Position numbers and translations under genes: made by a program. The notes below the pieces were generated by a model. The model saw nothing but the letters and a program-made list of their open reading frames with translations, searched no databases and had not been told where the DNA came from. Positions 18,059 to 25,939 of a stretch of DNA of 64,000 nt are shown here, in pieces. The stretch is from Caldilineae bacterium. Its GTDB lineage: Bacteria; Chloroflexota; Anaerolineae; JAAEKA01. The stretch lies in assembly GCA_020634555.1 (NCBI GenBank), contig JACKBK010000017.1, positions 573 through 64,572 on the forward strand, given 5' to 3'. The number at the start of each line of letters is the position of its first letter. Position 1 is the stretch's first letter.

Positions 18059-19666
18059 ATGTCCTACCTCGACCTCACCCGCCGGCTGGCTGGCGATCCC
18101 GAACAACTGGAGCTGACGTACCAGCAAGCTGCCGTGGCCGGCCAAGCCCAGGCATTCTCCGAGGCGGTCGAGTCCGCCTACCGCGACGACCCCGACAATC
18201 TGCTTTACGCCGCCTGGCACTATCGGCTGGCGCACACGGCAGCCACTGCAGCCCGGCGTGTCATCGCGTGGAACTGGGCGATTCCGCTGGCGGTGCTCAA
18301 CGGGCTGTTGCTCTGGTTACTATCCGACGAGAACCGCTTCACGTTGGAGGTCGCCAACCCGGTAACCGGCGCATCGTACAACGTTCTCCCCCTTGTCGCG
18401 CTGCTGGCGGCGCCCATCAGCGCGGCGGTCATTGTCCTCTTCCTGACGTTGGCCGGCGATCGGCGTTGGAGACGCTTTGCTGCCGTGGCGCTGGGTCTGG
18501 CCGCAAGCGCTGTGTATGTGCTGCTCATCTTCCCCGTCATGTGGCCGCGCGTCTTCCAGGAACAGTACCTTGGCCTGATGGTGCTGCATCTGGGCTTGCT
18601 GGCGTGGGCGGGGATCGGAGTGGTAGCAATGGGTAGGGGGTTTGAGTCGGAGCAACGATTCGCGTTCCTGTTCAAGTCGCTGGAAGCGCTGGTGGTGGCA
18701 GGGCTGTTCGCCATCGTTGGCGGCATCTTCATGGGTATCACCTTCGGCTTATTCGGCGCGCTGGGCATCGACCTGCCTGATGCGGTGGCCCGGCTGTTTA
18801 TCGCCGGTGGAGCCGGGCTGATCATTGTCGTCGCGGTCGCGCTGGTCTACGACCCGGCAGTGCGACCGGCCGAGCAGTCCTTCGACGAGGGGCTGAGCAA
18901 GCTGATCGCCCTGTTGATGCGGCTCTTGCTGCCGTTGACAGTGGGCGTGCTGCTGGTCTACCTGGCGTTCATCCCCTTCAACTTCCGCGAGCCGTTCGAG
19001 AACCGCGATGTGCTGATCGTCTTCAACGTGATGCTGTTTGCGGTGCTGGCGCTGATGATCGGTGCGACGCCGGTGCGCAGCCAGGATGTCAGCCCTCGCG
19101 GCCAGATGTGGCTGCGCAGCGGCATCATCGCGCTGGCGCTGCTGGCGATTCTGGTCAGTGTCTACGCGCTGGCCGCGATCATCTATCGCACTTCCATCGA
19201 CCGGCTGACGCCCAACCGGCTGACCTTCATCGGCTGGAACATCATCAACATCGTGATTCTGGTGCTGCTGCTGATCAAGCAGTTGCAAGCCGGGCGTGAA
19301 CGCTGGCTGCCAGCCATGCACCGCACCTTCGCCGTTGCCACCGTGTTCTACATCGTCTGGACCATCTTTGGCATCATCGCGCTGCCGGTGCTGTTCCGCG
19401 GCGATCCAGCGCAGGTAGCCGGCCTCCCGGTGCGTGTTCAACAAATCGCCTACGAGGAGCCATATCCTGTCTTGCTGAAATGCTCGACCAGCCCACACAT
19501 CTATCTGCTGGAGGACGGCCAGAAGCGCTGGATCAAGGACATCGCCACCTTTGAAGCGCGCGGGTACCGCTGGAACGATGTCCGCTACGTCAACTGTGAC
19601 GACCTGGCAGCCGTGCCCGACGGCGTACCGATCCCGCCCGATGCCGGCCCGCCGCCGCAGCCATAA
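18059..19666 (+). CDS. Polytopic membrane protein of unknown function with a C-terminal soluble domain
   Basis: About 12 hydrophobic helices, RBS AAGGAAG before the ATG, and a C-terminal PHIYLLEDGQKRWIKDIATFEARGYRWNDVRYV segment. Confidence 0.7.
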   Translation: MSYLDLTRRLAGDPEQLELTYQQAAVAGQAQAFSEAVESAYRDDPDNLLYAAWHYRLAHTAATAARRVIAWNWAIPLAVLNGLLLWLLSDENRFTLEVANPVTGASYNVLPLVALLAAPISAAVIVLFLTLAGDRRWRRFAAVALGLAASAVYVLLIFPVMWPRVFQEQYLGLMVLHLGLLAWAGIGVVAMGRGFESEQRFAFLFKSLEALVVAGLFAIVGGIFMGITFGLFGALGIDLPDAVARLFIAGGAGLIIVVAVALVYDPAVRPAEQSFDEGLSKLIALLMRLLLPLTVGVLLVYLAFIPFNFREPFENRDVLIVFNVMLFAVLALMIGATPVRSQDVSPRGQMWLRSGIIALALLAILVSVYALAAIIYRTSIDRLTPNRLTFIGWNIINIVILVLLLIKQLQAGRERWLPAMHRTFAVATVFYIVWTIFGIIALPVLFRGDPAQVAGLPVRVQQIAYEEPYPVLLKCSTSPHIYLLEDGQKRWIKDIATFEARGYRWNDVRYVNCDDLAAVPDGVPIPPDAGPPPQP

Positions 19667-19678
19667 CCCTTTGGAGAA

Positions 19679-19717
19679 CAATCAACAGGCCCCGCCAATG
19701 ACGGGGCCTGTTGATTG
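19679..19717. terminator. Bidirectional hairpin between convergent genes
   Basis: Perfect 16-bp stem caatcaacaggccccg / cggggcctgttgattg with a 7-nt loop. Confidence 0.7.
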
Positions 19718-19734
19718 TTGGGATCTGTTCATCC

Positions 19735-20664
19735 TCAAACAAAAAACGGAGGACTGGTAGCGATGTAGTTGTTGAAGTGGCCGAAGGGCCGGTCGAACAT
19801 CACCTGCGCGACGAAGCTGTCGATGTGAAAGCCGCGGCCAAGCACATAGTCCACGACCGCAGTGTTGATCATCGGCACCTCGATGCCGAAGTGGCCGCGG
19901 CCCGACTCGGATTCAGCGCGCGCGGCGGTGGACTCGGCGTGCGCCAGCACCGCCGGCCAGTAAGCCGGTTCCAGCAGCGCAAAGGGGCCGTTGTTCCGCC
20001 CCTCGTAGCCGTACCCCACCACGCGACCGGCGCGACGGTAGAGGTAGCCCTGGCGATCGCTCAACAGCCAGCGGTGGTCCGCGTCGCGACGAAACCCCAC
20101 CACCTCGCGATCGATGATAGCCAGCGCGGCCAGTACCTCATCAGCGGATGCTGTCACCGGCTCGAAGACAAGGTCAGTATCGACGGCCACGTCCTCCGGC
20201 TCGCGCGACCAGTAGTAGAGCGGGAACCGGGGATACGTACCCAGCTTCATGTACAGCGCCTGGGCGCGCGGGTCGGGCGACGCGATGATCAGCTTGCTCT
20301 CCACCGGGCCGGACGGCGCGACACGACGCAGCAACTCGCTGCCCAGCCCGGAGGACTGGGCGTCCGGCTTGACAAACAGCTCGGTCAGTTCCCAGCAGCC
20401 ATCATGGACGATGGAACGGGAAAACCCTACGACCTCACCTGCCTGCTCAGCCAGCCAAAACTGGTCGGCCGTCTGCGCCAGGTGCTGGTACAGCGAGCAG
20501 TGTCGGCTCCATACCGCGGCCAGCGCGTCGGGGTCGTCAAACCTCATTGGACCGGTTTCACCGAGCCGCCGGACGAGATCGGTCACCGACTCCTCGAACA
20601 GGTAGAACACCGCGTAGGAATCGTCGATGGTGCCGCGGCGGAAGGTAACTTCGGAATCGTTCAT
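19735..20664 (-). CDS. GNAT family N-acetyltransferase (two-lobed)
   Basis: FRRGTIDDSYAVFYLFEESV..., VVGFSRSIVHDGCWELTELFVKPDAQSSGLGSELLRR (acetyl-CoA binding motif Q/RxxGxG). The start is uncertain (ATG 20664 or GTG 20700). Confidence 0.7.
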   Translation of the reverse strand: MNDSEVTFRRGTIDDSYAVFYLFEESVTDLVRRLGETGPMRFDDPDALAAVWSRHCSLYQHLAQTADQFWLAEQAGEVVGFSRSIVHDGCWELTELFVKPDAQSSGLGSELLRRVAPSGPVESKLIIASPDPRAQALYMKLGTYPRFPLYYWSREPEDVAVDTDLVFEPVTASADEVLAALAIIDREVVGFRRDADHRWLLSDRQGYLYRRAGRVVGYGYEGRNNGPFALLEPAYWPAVLAHAESTAARAESESGRGHFGIEVPMINTAVVDYVLGRGFHIDSFVAQVMFDRPFGHFNNYIATSPPFFV

Positions 20665-20737
20665 AGATTGGTAGTGTGGAAGAACTTGTTCAGCGCCCAC
20701 AAGGTAACTGCGTCAGGACGATTTCTTGACCTTGCCC

Positions 20738-21571
20738 TTAGTCCGGCTTGCTGGTTTCTTCTTCCATCACCGCGTCCGCAAGGTCGGCCATGGCCTCGGC
20801 GGCGCCCAACTGCGCTGCGCCACCAGCGATCTCGGACGTGGCATCCATCACCAGATCTTCGGTAACCTCGCGAATCTCTCGCGCCGCGGCCATCTCGGCC
20901 CTGCCCTCGCTGCGCAGTTCGCGTCCGACTTCATCGGCCACTTCGCTCAGAACAGCGGCCTCTTCAGCGGCTTCGATGCGCATCATTCCCTCGCCCACCT
21001 CGTTGCTGCCCAGGTCCTCCACAGAGGCGCCGGTCTCGGCCAGGGCGCGAGCCAGGGCACGGGTTGCGCCGAAACGGTGGATGGTGTCGGCTGAAAGCTC
21101 GCGCATGCGGCTGCCCAGCGACTCGAGGAACTCAGCCAGCAGCGGCATGTCCAGGTCGTATACCACGTCACCGACCGCCTGCAGTTGCCCGCCGATGGAT
21201 GCCAGCTCCATGCCCAGCGCCAGGTCCTCCCGGCTCAACTCGCCGACAAGGGCGCTTTGCACAGCAATGTCATCCGATGCGGACAACAGCGCCACGCCCT
21301 GGGCGACGTCATCCACGCCGGCCTCTGCCATCACCGAGCTGATCGCGGCCAGGTTGCGGGCGCTGCGCTGGCTGGCTTCACCCTCCACCATCTTGCGCGT
21401 TGCGTCTCGCATGACCTGCCGTCCGAACTTGCTGGTTTCCACTGCCGCAGCCATGGTCTCCAGGCCGTCGTCGATATCGGCGACGCCGGCCGTCGCAGTT
21501 GCCTCGCTCAACGCCGTGACAGCCTCGGCCGCCTGCGCATTATCCGACTTTTTCTTGCTCTTGCCTGCCAT
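20738..21571 (-). CDS. Acidic Ala/Glu/Asp-rich hypothetical protein
   Basis: Strong RBS AAGGAGG, N-terminal MAGKSKKKSDNAQAAE, and internal degenerate repeats (VADIDDGLETMAAA, VDDVAQGVALLSAS, GDVVYDLDMPLLAEF). I recognised no family. Confidence 0.6.
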   Translation of the reverse strand: MAGKSKKKSDNAQAAEAVTALSEATATAGVADIDDGLETMAAAVETSKFGRQVMRDATRKMVEGEASQRSARNLAAISSVMAEAGVDDVAQGVALLSASDDIAVQSALVGELSREDLALGMELASIGGQLQAVGDVVYDLDMPLLAEFLESLGSRMRELSADTIHRFGATRALARALAETGASVEDLGSNEVGEGMMRIEAAEEAAVLSEVADEVGRELRSEGRAEMAAAREIREVTEDLVMDATSEIAGGAAQLGAAEAMADLADAVMEEETSKPD

Positions 21572-21612
21572 AGGTCAATCCTCCTTCTGCAGTTTAATTG
21601 TGAAGTCGCGCC

Positions 21613-21641
21613 ATTATAGCATCCGAGTTGAGCACGCACAA
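21613..21641 (-). promoter_or_regulatory. Sigma70-type promoter for the acidic protein gene
   Basis: On the minus strand: TTGTGC, 17 bp, TATAAT, ~40 nt upstream of the ATG. Confidence 0.6.
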
Positions 21642-21954
21642 GAATATTTGCGGCAAACCGTGACCCCCTTCGGGATACGGCCGGTTTCGACGTGCCAGGG
21701 GCTATACCGTATCGCTCCAAACGGACAAGGGCAGCGAACGCGAGATGTGTAGGGAAGAACGCCGACGAAGCGCTGTGCTTTCTGGCGTGCGTGATTGGAG
21801 CTGGCTACGCGGGGTAACCCACAAGTGCCTGGTTCGTTTCCTCAACGCGCCTTGGCGCCCGCCGCTCGCAATCCTCCATTCTCAGTACTTGCCCGGAGCA
21901 AAATCGGGGCGACCACGAGACTAATTCATGGCCGCCTTTTGCCTCCCAAAACGA

Positions 21955-21983
21955 TTGACAGGCGTTCCTCCGGGTACTATGAT
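21955..21983 (+). promoter_or_regulatory. Sigma70-type promoter for the propeller-repeat gene
   Basis: TTGACA, 17 bp, TATGAT. AGGAGG RBS at ~22051. Confidence 0.65.
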
Positions 21984-22063
21984 GGATATATCACCCCCGA
22001 CGCGTCGATCGGGACACAAGGGTCCAGGGATGACGCATCCTCTCACCAACAGGAGGCAAAACC

Positions 22064-24316
22064 ATGAGGATCGAACGTACTTCCGCCGGTTGGCTACGTT
22101 GGCTGGTAGTCGTCGTAGTGATCATGCTCCTGCCCGCCGGGGCCTTGGCCGGAACAGCCATCGACAGTCAGCCAGGCGAATCGCCGGCTGCGTCACCTAC
22201 GGTCAAGGACTGGGCCGATGGCTTTAATCAGACTGATTTCAACAACGGTCCGCTCGCGGTGGCCGAGGATGGGGCGGGCAATCTCTACATCGGCGGCGCC
22301 TTCACCCGCGTCTTCGGCGTGGAGGCTAACCGCATCGTCAAGTGGAACGGCAACGACTGGCTGCCCTTGGGCCAGGGAGTCAGCAGTTGGGTACGCGACA
22401 TGGTCGTGGCGCCCAACGGCGATCTGATCGTAGGCGGCTATTTCGAGGAAGCTGGCGGCGTAATCGTGAATCGGGTAGCCAGGTGGGATGGCCAGCATTG
22501 GTCCGCGTTTGGCTCAGGCATCAACGACAAGGTAGAGGCCATCGCGCTGGATAGTGACGGCAACCTCTACGCAGCGGGCCTGTTCTCCATGGCAGGTGGC
22601 GCGCCAGCCAACAACGTGGCTATGTGGAACGGCAGCCAGTGGTTGCCTCTGGGCAGCGGCTTGAACGGCTACACCTGGGACCTGGCGGTCGATTCTGAGG
22701 GAGATCTGATCGCAGCAGGCTTCTTCACGCAAGCGGGAGGCGTGACCGCAAACCGCATTGCCAAATGGGACGGCGCGAGTTGGTCTCCCCTGGGCAGCGG
22801 CATGGACCTGGGAATCACCACCATTATCCTTGACTCGCAGGACCATGTCTTCGCAGGAGGAACCTTCAACAGCGCAGGTGGGGCAGCGGCCAACAAGATC
22901 GCCATGTGGAATGGCAGCAATTGGTCATCGCTAGGCTCAGGCATGAACGACACAGTGTATGCCCTGGCGATTGATGCAGCCGGTAAGCTCTACGCGGGCG
23001 GCGATTTCACGACCGCGGGCGGCACGGCTGTCAACCACATCGCCAAGTGGAACGGCAGCGCCTGGACGGCCCTTGGCAGCGGCACGGACAGCCGGGTGGG
23101 TTTGTTAGGCTGGTTGTCGGGCAATTTGGTGGCGGGTGGCGGGATCGAGGTCGCCAACGGGGTGACATTAGTGCGTCTCGCCTGGTGGCAAGGCGGCCAG
23201 TGGCACCGGTTCGGCGACGGTAATGGACTGCGAGGCGGCCCTGCCCATGCCATGGCTGCCGATTCGTCCGGCGATATCTATGCGGGTGGATCGTTCGACG
23301 TGGCCGGATGGACATACTCGCCGGTGGTGGCACGCTGGGATGGCGCGTCGTGGCATGACGTGGGCGGCGGCCTTAGCGACAACTTGTTGGACCGGGTAGC
23401 GGCGGTAGCGGTGGACTCAAGCAATAACGTGTACGTAGGCGGGGAATTCGACACGGCCGGCGGCCAGCCGGCGCTGAACATCGCTATGTGGAACGGCAGC
23501 GCCTGGTCTGGCCTCAGCACTGGCCTCAACGATCAGGTACAATGCCTGGCAGTCGACAGCCAGAACCGAGTCTATGCCGGCGGGCAGTTCACACAGATGA
23601 TTCGTATGTGGGACGGCGTGCAGTGGCGTTACCTGGCAGGCGGGCTGGACGGTAATCTCGGACCGTACGCTCTGGCCGTTGACGCCGCCGACACCCTCTA
23701 CGCCGGCGGCACGTTCACGGAAGCAGGCGGCAGCTCGGTCGACCGCCTGGCAAAGTGGGACGGGGTCCGTTGGCGGGAAGTGGGAGGTGGTATGGACGCG
23801 TCTGTCAACGCACTACTCTTTGACGAGGCGGGAGACCTGATCGTGGCCGGAGGCTTCACACAGGCTGGCACGCTTCCAGCCAATCGCATCGCGCGGTGGA
23901 ATGGGACGGCATGGTCGACGATGGGCAGTGGACTCAACGGCACCGTGCGGGCGCTGGCTCTCGACAACGAGGGCAACATCTACGTGGGCGGCGACTTTAC
24001 CGAGGCAGGCAACCAGCCGGCCAGCCACATCGCCATGTGGGACGGGGCAACCTGGCACGCGCTTGGTCAGGGAGTCGATGACCAGGTAACAGCGCTGGCG
24101 GTCGATTCGGAAGGTGACCTGCTCGTGAGCGGCTATTTCTTCAATGCCGGCGGCCGGCCCTCCACCTATTTGGCGAAGTGGACCGAAGCCACACCGGCCA
24201 CGCCAACCGCGACGGCCACGCCGACACGAACCGCCACGCCAACTCCAACAGCTACACCCACGCCGACGCCGGATCTCATGCCGTTTTGGCTGCCGTTGGT
24301 CGTGAGGCACGGCTAG
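22064..24316 (+). CDS. Secreted 13-blade beta-propeller repeat protein (SBBP/delta-60-like repeats) with a Thr/Pro linker and a short hydrophobic C-terminus
   Basis: Signal peptide, then 13 copies of ~47 aa: (A/V)xW(N/D)GxxWxxLGSGxN..V.ALA.D..G.LYAGG.FT.AGG..AN. It ends TPTATPTPTPDLMPFWLPLVVRHG. Confidence 0.8.
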   Translation: MRIERTSAGWLRWLVVVVVIMLLPAGALAGTAIDSQPGESPAASPTVKDWADGFNQTDFNNGPLAVAEDGAGNLYIGGAFTRVFGVEANRIVKWNGNDWLPLGQGVSSWVRDMVVAPNGDLIVGGYFEEAGGVIVNRVARWDGQHWSAFGSGINDKVEAIALDSDGNLYAAGLFSMAGGAPANNVAMWNGSQWLPLGSGLNGYTWDLAVDSEGDLIAAGFFTQAGGVTANRIAKWDGASWSPLGSGMDLGITTIILDSQDHVFAGGTFNSAGGAAANKIAMWNGSNWSSLGSGMNDTVYALAIDAAGKLYAGGDFTTAGGTAVNHIAKWNGSAWTALGSGTDSRVGLLGWLSGNLVAGGGIEVANGVTLVRLAWWQGGQWHRFGDGNGLRGGPAHAMAADSSGDIYAGGSFDVAGWTYSPVVARWDGASWHDVGGGLSDNLLDRVAAVAVDSSNNVYVGGEFDTAGGQPALNIAMWNGSAWSGLSTGLNDQVQCLAVDSQNRVYAGGQFTQMIRMWDGVQWRYLAGGLDGNLGPYALAVDAADTLYAGGTFTEAGGSSVDRLAKWDGVRWREVGGGMDASVNALLFDEAGDLIVAGGFTQAGTLPANRIARWNGTAWSTMGSGLNGTVRALALDNEGNIYVGGDFTEAGNQPASHIAMWDGATWHALGQGVDDQVTALAVDSEGDLLVSGYFFNAGGRPSTYLAKWTEATPATPTATATPTRTATPTPTATPTPTPDLMPFWLPLVVRHG

Positions 24317-24358
24317 TACCACGTCAATCACGAAAAGAAGGTCGATGGTAGCGAGCCG

Positions 24359-25615
24359 CTACTGCTTCCGCAGCCACACGCTCACCCGATCCGGCTGCAT
24401 TGTCTCCTGTACCACGTTCACCAGCTCGGCCGTCAATGCATCCAAATCTGTCTCGTCGCGCGCCGTGAGGGCGAAGCGCGCCAGAACTTGCTGGGCGTTG
24501 TATTTGCGGCGAAAGAAGCGGCGGTCGATGCCGGCCTGCAGGCGACGGCGCAGGGGAGTAAACAACGCCGCGATGACCAGCGTCGATATCACGATTGCCA
24601 GCGCCGACTGCTGACCGCTGACGGCCGAGAAAAGGCTGCTCAGCAGCGTGACCACTCCAAAGAACACCAGCGCCAGCAACGCGGTCAGCGAAGCATACAC
24701 CAGCGTCTTGCGGACGATCACATCGATGTCCCACAGCCGGTAGCGCAGAATGGCAAAAGCAACGCCGGCCGGAATCGCCAGGTAGCAAAACATGTACAGC
24801 GGCAGGAAGACAAGCAACATGAAAGCCAGGCGCTGAGGAGTCTGCGTGTCGGGAGGGAACCAAACCGTTACCATGGCGAAAGGGACGAACAGAAGGCAAC
24901 TGGCTAAAAAGCCGCCCACGACCCACTTGGTCTGCTGCTTTTCGGCAGGGCTGGACACCCGGCGGTAACGATACACGGCTGCGTAGGCGGCGAGAACGAT
25001 CCACAAGCCGAATCCCAGCAGCGTCAGCAAGGAAAACAGGTTGGTGCTGACCACGACGCCGACAATGGTAGGCAGCAGGGTGATCGGCACTGTGAGCAGC
25101 AAGATGAGAGGCAGGACCCATTTCGTCCAGCGCGGCACGAAGCGCCCGTTTGGAAAGATGAAAGGCAGGAGGACAAAAACGACGCCTGGGATCGCGTACA
25201 GCGCGCTCACCAGCGGCATGGCCGGTCCCAGGTTTTGTATCCCTTCGACGGCGAACGTGACCAACATCAACGAAAGCAACTGCGCCATCCAGTCGTCTGA
25301 ACGGCGCAGGAAGATAAGCAGACCGACCCCGATGAACGCTAACTTAATGGCAATCGAAACCGCGAAAAAGTAGTCCAGTACAAGACTGGCAGACAAGCCC
25401 AACTGATCGGCCAGCGCCACGTCCTCGCGGGTGATCGACCACGGACCGCAGACCGCCTCAGGGTTGACGCAACTCGGCAACGGCTCGCGCAGGCTGATAG
25501 CGATGCTGACCAAAGCAACGAGAAGCGACAGCCCGGCTACCACGATCCACAGGATACGGGTGAAGTTGAGCCAGGGCTGTCGCAGTCGAGTTGATGGAAC
25601 AGTTTCCGATGTCAT
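24359..25615 (-). CDS. Polytopic membrane protein resembling the N-terminal sensor half of a histidine kinase, with no kinase domain
   Basis: About 10 TM helices, then RRRLQAGIDRRFFRRKYNAQQVLARFALTARDETDLDALTAELVNVVQETMQPDRVSVWL and a stop. No HisKA or HATPase motifs. Confidence 0.65.
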   Translation of the reverse strand: MTSETVPSTRLRQPWLNFTRILWIVVAGLSLLVALVSIAISLREPLPSCVNPEAVCGPWSITREDVALADQLGLSASLVLDYFFAVSIAIKLAFIGVGLLIFLRRSDDWMAQLLSLMLVTFAVEGIQNLGPAMPLVSALYAIPGVVFVLLPFIFPNGRFVPRWTKWVLPLILLLTVPITLLPTIVGVVVSTNLFSLLTLLGFGLWIVLAAYAAVYRYRRVSSPAEKQQTKWVVGGFLASCLLFVPFAMVTVWFPPDTQTPQRLAFMLLVFLPLYMFCYLAIPAGVAFAILRYRLWDIDVIVRKTLVYASLTALLALVFFGVVTLLSSLFSAVSGQQSALAIVISTLVIAALFTPLRRRLQAGIDRRFFRRKYNAQQVLARFALTARDETDLDALTAELVNVVQETMQPDRVSVWLRKQ

Positions 25616-25668
25616 TCGCGCTCCTGTCTGAGCAACCGGTCAAAGCTGGTAATCCTGAGAAAACAGGC

Positions 25669-25800
25669 TAGGGTGTGTACAAACTCGGTTGATTGGTGTT
25701 CCCTGCGGTCTTTGCTTGCACCCCGGCAGGGACCGACCGCTCCGGGGGCCGCACGGTGGCTGCGCACAGACCTCGCTCAACCCGTTTTGAATACACCCTA
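25669..25800. mobile_element. MITE-like palindromic element, copy 1
   Basis: Terminal inverted repeats tagggtgtgtacaaactcggttga / tcaacccgttttgaatacacccta. They are related to the ends of the element at 39871-39974. Confidence 0.55.
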
Positions 25801-25844
25801 ATCGTTACAACAAACATTTAACGAAAAACCGCTCGAATCAGCGC

Positions 25845-25920
25845 ACGAAAAAGCCAGCAACCGTGAAACGGAAACCTTGAGAGTTGTGTACGGCCCCGCG
25901 GGTTTCACGTTTCACGGTTG
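25845..25920 (-). terminator. Rho-independent terminator of the 1051-aa gene
   Basis: 19-20-bp stem caaccgtgaaacg(g)aaacc / ggtttcacgtttcacggttg, followed on the minus strand by ctggcTTTTTcg. The stem is built from ACGTTTC heptamers. Confidence 0.65.
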
Positions 25921-25939
25921 ACGCTGCATTGCAAGCCTG

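Noticed and set aside
20748-21752. Long antisense ORFs opposite real genes (for example 20748..21752 +, 38503..39771 -, 52201..53445 -, 59669..61204 +, 61469..62653 +, 3446..4228 +, 7016..8002 +)
   Set aside because: These are typical high-GC shadow ORFs. They are Arg/Ala/Gly/Pro-rich with no recognisable motifs, and the opposite strand carries clear family signatures with RBS-supported starts.
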